Below, piece by piece: positions 37,970 through 48,073 of a stretch of 64,000 bases of DNA. Location: contig CBDHDG010000007.1 in the NCBI GenBank assembly GCA_965261595.1, positions 1,088,001 through 1,152,000 of the forward strand, written 5' to 3'. The notes beneath the pieces are model-generated. The model saw only the letters and a program-made list of their open reading frames with translations. It made no database searches and was not told the origin of the DNA. The position numbers were made by a program, and so were the translations under genes. Every line of letters begins with the position of its first letter. Within the stretch, counting starts at the first letter, position 1. Source of the stretch: a bacterium. GTDB taxonomy: Bacteria > UBA8248 > JACPRG01 > G963555815.

Positions 37970-39271
37970 ATGTGGCTCGAGGACGATCGGGAAAAATCGG
38001 TCGATATCGGCTCGGGCTCCTGGATCGCCGACGTGGCGGCGGCGGAGGGGACGGACCGAATCGATTTCGACGCCCTCCGGGCCGAGCGCATCGCCCGGGC
38101 GAGGGACATCCTGCGGGAGGAGGGTCTGTCGGCCTTTCTTTGCTTCGAGGCCGCCAACATCCGTTACCTCACCGGCCTTCCCCCCGAGCCCTGGAACGAG
38201 CGGGACCGCGCCCGTTGCGTTTTGTTGACCGCCGGTGAAGGCCCCTTCCTCCTGGAATCCGGGCCCCCGTCCGGCGCCCCGCGTTCTCTTCGGCCCGGAC
38301 AAGACGCGGCCGGCCTCCCGGGAAACCATCCCGAGCGCGCCCGCGCGCTGGAGTTGAGGCCGGACGAGTTTCTCTGGATTCCCGCCGATTCCGGGCGAGA
38401 TCCCTTCGCCCCGTTGCTCCGCGCGGGGATCGGACTTCACCGAAAACTCCGTCATCCCGAACCCGGCGGGCGGTTGGGCCTCGACCGGTTGGATGCGGCG
38501 GCGGGGGCCGGCCCGGCGGCCGGACAACGCGACCCGGCCGTGGACATCTTCGTCGACGCGCGTCCGCTTCTCCTGCGCGCCCGGTCCTTGAAAGACATGG
38601 AGGAGCTGGAGTGTCTGCGGTTCGTCACGGACATCGTGGACATCGTGTTTCAGATGACGCGGGCCGAGTGGCTCCGGCCGGAGGCGACGGAGCGGGACAT
38701 CGCCGCCCGGTGCCGGGAATTTCTGATTTCGAGCGGGTTCGAGTCGGTGGAGGACGTGATGTGCGCGGCGGGGGCCAACAGCCTTCTTCCCCGAGCGCTC
38801 CCGACGGACCACGCCGTCCGAGAGGGCGAGCTCGTGATCCTCGGCATCCGAGCGACCGGGCCGGGGGGATACCGGGTCCGCGCGCAACGGACGTTCAAAT
38901 GCGGCGGGAACGTCCGCCCGGAGGAAAACGCCCTCTACCGCCGCTGCCATCAGGCCATGCGCCTGGTCATGGCCAACTGCCGGCCGGGTCGGAATGCGCT
39001 CACGCTTTTGGACGTTCTGGGGGAAGACGAGAGCCTCCCCCGGCCCGCCGGCCATGCCCTGGGGCTGGATTGGGACGAGGGTTGCGGCCTCGGTTCGGAC
39101 GAGAGGCCGGTCGAGGCATGGGAAGAATGTCTGTCGGAGAGTCTCTATCTCACCCTGCGCGTTCACGCCCGAGAGGGCGATGTCGCCGTCGGATTGGAGG
39201 AGAACTTCCTGGTGAGCGCCCAAGGACCCGTTTACTTCACGTGCTTCCCGCTGGAGAAAGACCTTTTGTGA
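37970..39271 (+). CDS. M24/creatinase (pita-bread) fold protein, degenerate metal site
   Basis: NIRYLTG, ARSLKDMEELE, GHALG and GLEENF. Confidence 0.7.
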   Translation: MWLEDDREKSVDIGSGSWIADVAAAEGTDRIDFDALRAERIARARDILREEGLSAFLCFEAANIRYLTGLPPEPWNERDRARCVLLTAGEGPFLLESGPPSGAPRSLRPGQDAAGLPGNHPERARALELRPDEFLWIPADSGRDPFAPLLRAGIGLHRKLRHPEPGGRLGLDRLDAAAGAGPAAGQRDPAVDIFVDARPLLLRARSLKDMEELECLRFVTDIVDIVFQMTRAEWLRPEATERDIAARCREFLISSGFESVEDVMCAAGANSLLPRALPTDHAVREGELVILGIRATGPGGYRVRAQRTFKCGGNVRPEENALYRRCHQAMRLVMANCRPGRNALTLLDVLGEDESLPRPAGHALGLDWDEGCGLGSDERPVEAWEECLSESLYLTLRVHAREGDVAVGLEENFLVSAQGPVYFTCFPLEKDLL

Positions 39272-39427
39272 TCCGCCGGCCTCACGATACTCGAAGTCAT
39301 CAAACCAAATCCATGATCGACAGGTTGCACCGTTCAAAGCGGTTTTTCTAAGTCAAATTACCGCTCCTCCTGGTGTCGGCCTTGGCGCACCATCCCTCCG
39401 AATATTCACCTCTCCGTCTTTTTTTTT

Positions 39428-39454
39428 AATCTGCGCAATCTGTGTAATCTGTGG
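39428..39454. repeat. 3x 9-bp AATCTG(C/T)GN tandem
   Basis: aatctgcgc-aatctgtgt-aatctgtgg; second copy at 40007-40033. Confidence 0.8.
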
Positions 39455-39505
39455 ATAACAGGTTTGCTCCGTTTTTGAATCTTCGGATGGAAGAGGAGAC
39501 AGAAC

Positions 39506-39901
39506 ATGCCGCGTGAATACTTCAAGGGAACCTGGGAGGAAGGCCGCGGATTCTCGCTGGCGGTGACGACCCGGGGCGGAAAAATCGTCTGGCTTGCGGG
39601 CGTGGGAATGGCGATGGACGAGGAAGGAAATTCCCTTGCCGGAGACTTCGTGGCCCAGGCCCACGCTTCGTTCCGCGAAATCGAGCGGACGCTGAAGCGG
39701 GCGGGCGGAACGCTCCAGGACATCGTGACGACGGCGGTCTTCACGCTGGACGTTCGGTACGGGGAGAAAATCATCCCGGAGATCCGCAGGCAATACTTCC
39801 CCGACGCGTTCCCGGCCGCCGCCTTGATCGCGGTGTCCGGTTTCGCCCGGCCGGATATGATGATCGAGATCCAGGCCATCGCCGTTGTGGGAGAAGAGTA
39901 G
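39506..39901 (+). CDS. RidA/YjgF-family protein
   Basis: AGGTLQDIV, FPAAALI and IEIQAIAV. Confidence 0.88.
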   Translation: MPREYFKGTWEEGRGFSLAVTTRGGKIVWLAGVGMAMDEEGNSLAGDFVAQAHASFREIERTLKRAGGTLQDIVTTAVFTLDVRYGEKIIPEIRRQYFPDAFPAAALIAVSGFARPDMMIEIQAIAVVGEE

Positions 39902-40085
39902 CTCCACGGATTCCGGCGATCACGGGTTTTGAAGTCGTTCAATTCCGTTGACTCTTATGCCGTCAAAGGCGATCGTCCGCCTGGTTTTGCCTCCTCCTCT
40001 TTTTTTAATCTGTGCAATCTGTGTAATCTGTGGATGACAGGTTTGCTCCGTTTTTGAATCTTCGGATGGAAGAAGGAGACCAAAC

Positions 40086-40478
40086 ATGCCGCGCGAATAC
40101 TTCAAGGGAACCTGGTAAGAAGACCGCTCTTTCTCGCCCGTCGTGGCGACCCGAGGCGGGAGGACGCTCTGGCTGGCCGGCGTCGGGGCGCGGGAGGACG
40201 AGGAGGGAAACTCCCTGGCGGGCGACTTCGAGGGCCAAGTCCACGCCACGTTCAAGTTGATTGAAAAAAACCTGTCGCGGGCGGGCGGAACGCTTCAGGA
40301 CATCGTGACCATGACGGCCTTCACCCTGGAGGTGCGCTACGGCGACCGCTTCACGGAGCTTCGAAGACAGTACTTCTCGGGCGGGTATCCGGGCAGCGCC
40401 CTCATCACCGTTGCCGGATTCGCCCATCCGGACATGATGCTCGAGATCCAGGCCATCGCCGTCGTGGGGGACGAGTAG
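40086..40478 (+). pseudogene. RidA-family tandem duplicate with a nonsense codon
   Basis: MPREYFKGTW then TAA at 40116-40118, where the paralog has GAG. Confidence 0.85.
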
Positions 40479-40732
40479 GACCCGCGGATTTCGTAGACGG
40501 GGAAGGAAAGCCCTTTTTGATCCAATGATGGCAGGCGTCCTGGGAAAGACCATCCCAAAGGCGCTCCGGCGGATTTCTTCGTTCGAATGGCGGGAAATCC
40601 GGCCGACCACGGCGCTCAAATTAATTCTTGCAATTTTCGCCGATAGCATTTATCTTGATGACAATCCATCCGAAATACCTGCGACAGGCGTAGTCGGCGG
40701 GTAAAGGTTTGCCGTAGTGCGGGAGATTCAAA

Positions 40733-40939
40733 GTGCCTGAAGGCAGCGTCAAGTGGTTCAATGACTCGAAGGGTTTTGGGTTTATCTCTCAAGCTGATGG
40801 GGACGATGTTTTCGTTCACTTCTCGGCGATCCAGAATGAAGGTTTCAAGTCCCTTCAAGAGGGTGAAAACGTTACATTCGACATTGTCGAAGGCCCAAAA
40901 GGGCTCCAGGCGGCGAATGTAAAAAAGGCGTCGGAATAG
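40733..40939 (+). CDS. cspA: Cold-shock protein
   Basis: VKWFN, KGFGFI and DVFVHFSAI. Confidence 0.95.
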   Translation: MPEGSVKWFNDSKGFGFISQADGDDVFVHFSAIQNEGFKSLQEGENVTFDIVEGPKGLQAANVKKASE

Positions 40940-41194
40940 CGTCTGATCAATCCCCGGTCACCCGGAAAGACGGCGGTCCTGGTTTGACGCCCTCTCTCTG
41001 TCTGAGCGCCGAATCCGGGACTCCCCGATTCAAAGCCCATCTTGCGGCAAAAATCCCCGCGGCGCCTGTGAGAATCGTGCGTCTGGCGGGGAGGAATGAG
41101 TTTCTCCCGCTCCCCGGCCTCTCCCATTCCTCCAAGCGACTGAGCCCACCCCGTTTGATCTTCCCGAACGGCCCGACTGAGAAGGAGTGATTCC

Positions 41195-41689
41195 ATGGCA
41201 TTATCGGCTGTGATAACAACGAGCCGCGGTGAGATCAAGCTGGATTTGCATGAGGACAAAGCCCCCGTCACCGTGGCGAATTTCGCCAATCTGGCGCGGC
41301 GCGGCTACTATGACGGCCTCACGTTCCACCGGGTGCTCCCGGATTTCATGATCCAGGGCGGCTGCCCGCAGGGGGACGGCGCGGGCGGACCGGGTTACCG
41401 GTTCGAAGACGAGTGCTCCCCCAACCTGCGTCATGACGGCCCCGGCGTGCTCTCCATGGCGAACGCGGGGCCGGGCACCAACGGCTCCCAGTTCTTTATC
41501 ACGCATGTCGAAACCTCCTGGCTGGACGGCAAGCACACCGTCTTCGGGCGGGTGACCTCGGGCCGGGAGATTGTGGACGCCATTCAACAGAGCGACGCCA
41601 TCGAGAAGATCACCATCGAGGGAGACGCCTCCGCGCTCTTTGAGACGCACAAAGACCGAATTGATGAGTGGAACGGCATCCTCGGATAG
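41195..41689 (+). CDS. Cyclophilin-type peptidyl-prolyl isomerase
   Basis: [26 protein letters not shown] and LDGKHTVFG. Confidence 0.95.
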   Translation: MALSAVITTSRGEIKLDLHEDKAPVTVANFANLARRGYYDGLTFHRVLPDFMIQGGCPQGDGAGGPGYRFEDECSPNLRHDGPGVLSMANAGPGTNGSQFFITHVETSWLDGKHTVFGRVTSGREIVDAIQQSDAIEKITIEGDASALFETHKDRIDEWNGILG

Positions 41690-41824
41690 CCCCCGGTCAA
41701 TCAAGCAGCGGGTTTGGATTCGGGGCGAGGCGTTGACGGCCCCGGGATCCCCCCCCCCCTTCCCCCCTTGTCCCAGGATTCTGAGTCGCCGGACGGTCTC
41801 CGGCGTGAATGAGGGAACCGGACC

Positions 41825-42316
41825 ATGGCGCGTCAATACTGGCTGATGAAGAGTGAGCCGGAGGCCTATTCCTTCGAGGACCTCATGGCGGAGGAGAACC
41901 AGACGGATCATTGGGACGGAATCCGGAACTACCAGGCCCGGAACTTCATGATGGAAATGAGACAGGGGGACGCCGTACTCTTCTACCATTCCAGCACCCA
42001 TCCGCCGCATGTGGCCGGGATCGCCGAGGTGGCGCGCGAGGCATACCCCGACCACACGTCCTGGGACAGGAAGGCGAAATACTACGACCCGAAATCCACG
42101 CCGGAGAATCCCCGCTGGTATATGGTGGATCTCCGCGGGGTGAGGAAGCTGGAGGCCCCGGTCCCCTTGGAGGCCCTGAAAGCCAACCCGAGGCTCAAGG
42201 GCATGCGGGTGGTTCAGAAGGGCCAACGGCTCAGCGTCCAGCCCGCTCTCCGGAAAGAGTTCGAAGAAGTCGAGCGGATGGCGAAGGCGCTTTCAAAGAA
42301 GACTTTCTCCGGATAA
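41825..42316 (+). CDS. EVE domain protein
   Basis: YWLMKSEP, WDGIRNYQARN, FYHS and RLSVQP. Confidence 0.93.
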   Translation: MARQYWLMKSEPEAYSFEDLMAEENQTDHWDGIRNYQARNFMMEMRQGDAVLFYHSSTHPPHVAGIAEVAREAYPDHTSWDRKAKYYDPKSTPENPRWYMVDLRGVRKLEAPVPLEALKANPRLKGMRVVQKGQRLSVQPALRKEFEEVERMAKALSKKTFSG

Positions 42317-42628
42317 AGACGCGGGTTTGTCCCGCGCACCCACAGCCTCCGCTGAGCCCGGCTGCCTGCCGGGGGGAGACTATCCCCCCCCCCCCTCCCC
42401 TCCGGATTTTCGTCCGAAGAAATATTCCTTCCGGTATCGGTGTTCGAGGAAGAAAGCCCGTTTTCGGACCCAATCACCCCGAAAATCGTGAATCCCTTTC
42501 CGCCTTCAAGCATCTAAATGACAAGAAATTGACAACCGGGGAAGGCGGGGGCGTCTAATATTGAATTGAGCTTTTCGAATTCAGCCGCCGGATCCCGGTT
42601 GCCCGGTCTGACAGAGGAGGAAAGAGGA

Positions 42629-43102
42629 ATGGCCGCCCAAAACCGATTGCGCCTCGCGCCGGTGATCGCGTTCAGTCTGTTTGCGGTGTTTTTTCCCTTC
42701 GGCGGCGCCGATGCCGCTGAACCGACAGTCATTACACTGACCCAGACGGGATGCCAGTTCGTCGAGATCGAAGGGGTGGATCATGGGTTCAAAACGAAGT
42801 CGGCGGCGGATTGCAAAGCCATCAACGCCAAGACCTCTAAGGACCGTCTGGCCAAGGCGAAGACGATTGAGTTGAAGCCCGGAAAGTACATCTTTCGCGT
42901 GACCAACAAGAACGTGCCCTATCCGCTGGGTTTCTATCTGCGCGGCTCGGGCCTGCGTCGGTTCACCCTTCCCAATGTTTCGGGCGGCGGCCTCGTTCTC
43001 GGAAAGTCGATTGATTACGAGATCAATCTCAAGACGGGCGAATATGTCTATTCCTGCCCCCTGAATCCCACGCCCGATTACAGGTTGGTGGTGAAGAACT
43101 AG
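42629..43102 (+). CDS. Secreted cupredoxin-like protein
   Basis: Signal peptide ending ADA; GEYVYSCPLNPTP. Confidence 0.6.
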   Translation: MAAQNRLRLAPVIAFSLFAVFFPFGGADAAEPTVITLTQTGCQFVEIEGVDHGFKTKSAADCKAINAKTSKDRLAKAKTIELKPGKYIFRVTNKNVPYPLGFYLRGSGLRRFTLPNVSGGGLVLGKSIDYEINLKTGEYVYSCPLNPTPDYRLVVKN

Positions 43103-43160
43103 CCGGTGTTTTCAAACCTTGCGGAACCACGGGAGAGAAGGGGGGATGAGCAATGTCTCT

Positions 43161-44250
43161 TCAATCCCCGTGTTCCGCTTTGGCCAGGGCCGGGACTTCA
43201 CCCTCCGGGTTTTCCGGTTTCGGCTGCGCCTTGTCGGTCTCGGGCGGCGTCCTTGACGGCGGAGTGGTCCGGGAGCCCGCCGCCAGCATCCCGACAAACT
43301 CCTCGAAAAGCTTCCATTTGAAGATCCGGCCGGCGCCGTTGTCATTTTTCATTTGCACGAGCGCCTCGAAGCTCGAGACCTTTTCCCCGTATGGACGATT
43401 TGTGGTCAGGGCGTCATAGATTTCTGACGATGGAAGCGATCTGCGCCATGGGGGACACATCGTTGCCCTTGAGGCCGTCCGGATACCCGGCGCCGTCCAA
43501 TTTCTCGTGATGGCGCCGAACGATTTCCCGGTAAGGGGAGCCGGTGATGCCGTGCTCTCTCAGAATTTCCTCTCCGTAGACGGGATGATCCAGAAAGACC
43601 GCCCATTCGATGTCCGTCAACTGACCCTGCTTTTTGAGCAGGGACTCCGGGATCCACGACTTCCCGATGTTGTGGAATAAAAACGCGGCGGAAATATCGA
43701 GGAGGGGGTAGGGCGGATTCGTAGGATACAATCTTTGATAAAAAGTCAATCCGTAGGCGCAGACCTGAACGGAGTGACAGAAGGTCTCATGGTCTTTGGA
43801 GGCGATCCCAATCAGTGTGCGCAAAGCCTTATTGTCGGACTCCAGTAAATCGGCCAGTTTGGCCGCAACGTCCATGGCCCCGAGCAGGGCTTTCCGGGTG
43901 ACACCGCTTCGAGAAAAGAGGTCTTCTATCGCGCTTGTCGATTTACCGTAAAGAATCCTCGCGCGCTCCTCGAGCGGGATCCGCACATCGGCGAAGTCGT
44001 AGGAATTAATGTACTCCATGTAGGCGCTCGCCCACTTCGGCTTGGTATACGCCTGATCGCCGCATGAGCCCTTGATGACCTTTCGCAGCTCTCTCGTGAA
44101 AGGCCGGTCTCCATTCACCAGGAGGGTGTATTTGGATTTCCCCGCCCTTTTCACGTAAATCGGGAAAGGGATGGTGGAACCGATGATCAGCAGCTTGGGA
44201 TTGATAGACGTCAAGCTGTCCGGACCGCTGACTTTGTTCGACTCACTCAT
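43161..44250 (-). pseudogene. HD-GYP domain protein, frameshifted near 43420
   Basis: HHEKLDGAGYP; IASIV and YDALTTNRPY lie in different frames; HD reads HN. Confidence 0.8.
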
Positions 44251-44820
44251 CGTTTCCGCTTCCTTTATCGGGCCTCGGGATGGAACCGGGTCAAAGAAAG
44301 TCGGGCTGGAAACCCGGGGGGGGGGAATCGGTCCGCCGTCAATACCAGAAGAATGAAGGAGGGTCCCGTTCGGACCTTGTTCAACTCTTGTCGCTGATGG
44401 CGTCCACGATATTCCGCGTTGGATGGTCGTCCCGCGCCACCCATTTTTGCGGAAGATTCGGCAAATCCCTTAATGTAAAATTGTAGGACACGGGCGCCAT
44501 GGGGTGCATCCCCCGTCTTTTCACCCCCAATCTGGTTGAGGCGCCACCGCTCCGGCGCTAAGACAAGTCCACCGAAGGCCGGCCCGGGTCTTGCGTTATT
44601 TGTGGGCTATTCGGGTTGGAGAGGGTGATCGAAAGGGGGCGCGACGTGGTTTCCATGGCGGATGACGGCCGGGAATGGCTCCCGGCGGATTTGAATGGGA
44701 AACCCCATATTCTGGTACGGCATTTGCATCTACATCTGTGAGCGGAGCCCCCCCCATCGAATAGTCAATTGATCAAATGGAGGGAGATATGTTCGTGTCC
44801 AGTTCAGATTGGGGAATTAC

Positions 44821-46665
44821 GTGTTTGGAAAGCTGAAGCGTAAAAAAACCGAAGAGCCTCGGGCTCAGGTGGTGAGAAAGCAAGTTCAGATGGTGAGGAA
44901 GCCTTTGCCGAAAAACGCTTCCCCAACCACCCCCCCGCCCCCCGAAACTCCAGCGGACCGGTTGAAAAGAATTCTCAGCGCCCACCGCCGTTGGGTGGAA
45001 TCCGAGGGGAATCAGGGGACGAGGGCCAGCCTGAAGGCGGGGACTATCTTGGGGGCTGATCTTTCGGAGGGAAGTTTCCGGGAGGCCAATCTCCGAGGAG
45101 CGGAGCTGGAGGGGGCGGAGCTACGGGAGGCCGATCTCTCTAAGGCGGACCTTCAGGGAGCGAGTATGAAAGGCACCCGCCTGTTTGGCGCGAATCTCCA
45201 AGGGGCGAACCTTAAAGGGGCCGACCTCAGTCAAGCCCATCTCCTTCATGCGAACTTTCAAGGGGCCGATCTGAGCGGGGCGGAATTTCGCGGGGCGGTT
45301 TTACAAGAGACCAACCTTCAAGGGGCCAATCTGGAAGGCGCAAAAATAGAAGAGGCCGCCCTTGTTCAGGCGAATTTCCAAGAGGCCAAGCTGATGAACG
45401 CGAACCTCAGTTATTCCAAAGCGTTCGGGGCGAAATTTCGAGAAGCCGATCTGTCCGGGGCCGTGCTTGTCAAAACGAAGTTTCAAGAGGCCGATCTGAC
45501 CTCGGCCAATTTGTCCAAGGCGGATCTCGAGAGAGCGACGTTTCGGGATGCCAACCTTGGAAAGGACCGGTTGCAAGAAACCCGTCTTTACCAGACCTAC
45601 CTCAAGGGGGCGAACCTCAAAGAAGCGGAGCTCCAGAACGCCAATCTCGTTCAGGCCGATCTGGAGGGGGCCAGCCTCCAACAAGCCAATCTTGAAGGCG
45701 CCAACCTCACCGGTGCCGGCCTCAGCCAGGTCAACCTCCAGCAAGCCGTCCTCAGGAAGGCCAATCTTGAAGACGCCGAGCTCGAAGGCGTGAATCTTCA
45801 GGGGGCCGACCTCCAGGGGGCCCGCCTTTCTCGAGCCTCTCTGAATGGGGTGAATCTCAAAGGATCAAACCTCCAGAAGGCCAATCTTTCCCGGTCCAAC
45901 CTTCGGGAGGCCGACCTTCGGAAGGCCAACCTTGCGGGGAGCAATCTGGAAAGCGCCAATCTCGAGCAAGCGAATATTGAGGAGGCGGATCTTCAAAAAG
46001 CCAAGCTGGCGAAGGCCGATCTTGGAAGGGCCTCCCTCAAGGGCGCGAACCTCGAAGAGGTGGATTTACAGAAGACCAATCTGGTTCAGTCCAACCTTCA
46101 AGAGGCCAATCTCAAACAAGCCCTTCTTCGAAGCGCCAGACTCACCGGGGCCGCCCTCGCCCAGGCCGACCTTGGGAAAGCCGACCTGACGCGGGCCAAT
46201 CTTGAAAAAGCGATTCTCCCGCGAGCCCAGCTTGAGGAGGCCCGGCTCAAGGATGCCAATCTGGTCGGGACCAATTTTCAGGAGGCCAATCTCAAACAAG
46301 CCAATCTTCAAAACGCCAGGCTCAACGCGGCCGACCTCAGCCAGGCCGATCTTCGGAAGGCGAACCTTGCGGGGACCAACCTTGAAAGAGCCGTTCTGGA
46401 TAAAGCCAATCTTGAAGAAGCCGACCTCAGCCAAACCAAATGGCGGGAAGCGAGCCTCGCGGAGACCAACTTCAAGCGAGCCAATCTTTCAGAAGCGCAA
46501 CTGGAAGGCGAAAACCTTGAAAGCGCGACCGGGCTGACGCAAAAACAACTCATGTCGGCCAAGACCAACGAAAAAACCCGTTTGCCGGAATCCCCCCAAG
46601 CTCCGGAAAAAAGCCAGGCTCCGGAAGAAAGCCAAGCTCCTGAAAAAAGTCAGCCAAGCGGCTGA
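44821..46665 (+). CDS. Long pentapeptide-repeat protein
   Basis: Roughly 100 A(D/N)Lxx repeats; C-terminal SQAPE(K/E) repeats; start uncertain. Confidence 0.9.
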   Translation: MFGKLKRKKTEEPRAQVVRKQVQMVRKPLPKNASPTTPPPPETPADRLKRILSAHRRWVESEGNQGTRASLKAGTILGADLSEGSFREANLRGAELEGAELREADLSKADLQGASMKGTRLFGANLQGANLKGADLSQAHLLHANFQGADLSGAEFRGAVLQETNLQGANLEGAKIEEAALVQANFQEAKLMNANLSYSKAFGAKFREADLSGAVLVKTKFQEADLTSANLSKADLERATFRDANLGKDRLQETRLYQTYLKGANLKEAELQNANLVQADLEGASLQQANLEGANLTGAGLSQVNLQQAVLRKANLEDAELEGVNLQGADLQGARLSRASLNGVNLKGSNLQKANLSRSNLREADLRKANLAGSNLESANLEQANIEEADLQKAKLAKADLGRASLKGANLEEVDLQKTNLVQSNLQEANLKQALLRSARLTGAALAQADLGKADLTRANLEKAILPRAQLEEARLKDANLVGTNFQEANLKQANLQNARLNAADLSQADLRKANLAGTNLERAVLDKANLEEADLSQTKWREASLAETNFKRANLSEAQLEGENLESATGLTQKQLMSAKTNEKTRLPESPQAPEKSQAPEESQAPEKSQPSG

Positions 46666-46813
46666 CCTGTCATGCTTCGGCCTTCGGGCGGCAGTCACCC
46701 CCCCGTCCCCCCCCCTTGAATTGAATCATTGAATTGACAGATTCGTCTTCAATGTCCTTCCGCGGGCCGCTTACCCCGGTGGTCCGCCGCTTCGTCCGGT
46801 CCACCCGGTTTTT

Positions 46814-48073
46814 TCACCGCCCGCGTTTGCGCCGCCAGAGGACCCCCGCAAACAAGGCGGCGTAGATCGCCCCGCCCCATAACGCGATTCGTGTCCAGTC
46901 GCGCCGGCTCTTGACCGCCAGGACGGCCGCCTCGGCGGCCCGGGCCCGCTCGGCGGCGGCTTCGAGCGCCTTGAAGTTCTTCACCAAATGCAATCGATGC
47001 TGGACAAGGCCGAATTCCATCAGGACCGCCCGCTCCGCCCGCTCCACCCGCCGGGTCTCCTCGACGGGCTGGAAACCCGCGGCCCGCAGCTCGGCCAGGA
47101 CCAGCCGGCTTCGGCGAATGGACCGCCGCACCGGCGCGACGGCCTTGAGGACCCGGGCGATGTAGTCGAGGGCCGGGTCGTTCGGGTTCTTCCGCCGGTC
47201 GTGGCAGACGGCGCAGACCTTCGGGTCGCGGAACATCGCGGGCGTCGCCGGCTTGATCTCGTGCGCGGTGTGACACTTGGAACAGTGGACTTTTTTCTCG
47301 GCGGTGAAGTGCGGGTTGTTCTTGCCGAAAGCCGTCCGTTCCGCGGTGTGACACGTCCCGCAGATCTCGAACGTCTCAGCGCTATGCCATTGGGGCCGAA
47401 AATTCCAATGGGCCCCGTGGCACGACGCGCACGTCGGAAGGTTTAGGCCGGGGCGCCACGCCCCTTTCAACCCGTGAACACCCCTCGCGACCTGTCCGGG
47501 GACCTCGATGTTCAGGCCGAAGTTCTCTTTGTACTCCTCGTCGGCGTGGCACTTGGCGCAGGTCCGGTTGACGTTGGCCGGATGGGCCGGGGAGCCGGGG
47601 TCGTCCACCCGAAGAACGCGGTGCGAGCCGTGGCAGGTGGCGCACTGGGGGGCCCCCAGCTCGTCCTTCTGCCACAGGGCCTCGGCGTGCACGCCCTGCT
47701 TGTATTCCTCGAAGGCGTTTCGTCTCCCCCGGGACCATTTGACGGCATCCGGCTTCCCGTGGCACTTGGCGCAAAGCTCCGGTATGTCGAAAACCGAGAT
47801 CCGCCCCCGAAAGCCCGCGTCTTTGGATTCGGCTTCTTCCCGGCGGACCTTCGTGAGGTCGCCGCCGTGACAACCGGCGCAGCCGACGCCGAAGGGGCGA
47901 TGGATGCTCGCCCGATAATCGCGCCCCGCCCGGTCGGTTTTGTGGCAGTCCCAACAGGAATCCACAACTTTCCCCGCCGGTCCGGGATGGGTTTTGAGGG
48001 TTTGACCGGCGGCCGGAGAGGGAATGGAAAGCACGAGGGTTGTGAATATCAGGAGGGCCCACCGGTTCATCAC
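46814..48073 (-). CDS. Membrane-anchored multiheme cytochrome c (9 CxxCH)
   Basis: Signal peptide, nine CxxCH motifs and a C-terminal TM helix. Confidence 0.9.
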   Translation of the reverse strand: MMNRWALLIFTTLVLSIPSPAAGQTLKTHPGPAGKVVDSCWDCHKTDRAGRDYRASIHRPFGVGCAGCHGGDLTKVRREEAESKDAGFRGRISVFDIPELCAKCHGKPDAVKWSRGRRNAFEEYKQGVHAEALWQKDELGAPQCATCHGSHRVLRVDDPGSPAHPANVNRTCAKCHADEEYKENFGLNIEVPGQVARGVHGLKGAWRPGLNLPTCASCHGAHWNFRPQWHSAETFEICGTCHTAERTAFGKNNPHFTAEKKVHCSKCHTAHEIKPATPAMFRDPKVCAVCHDRRKNPNDPALDYIARVLKAVAPVRRSIRRSRLVLAELRAAGFQPVEETRRVERAERAVLMEFGLVQHRLHLVKNFKALEAAAERARAAEAAVLAVKSRRDWTRIALWGGAIYAALFAGVLWRRKRGR

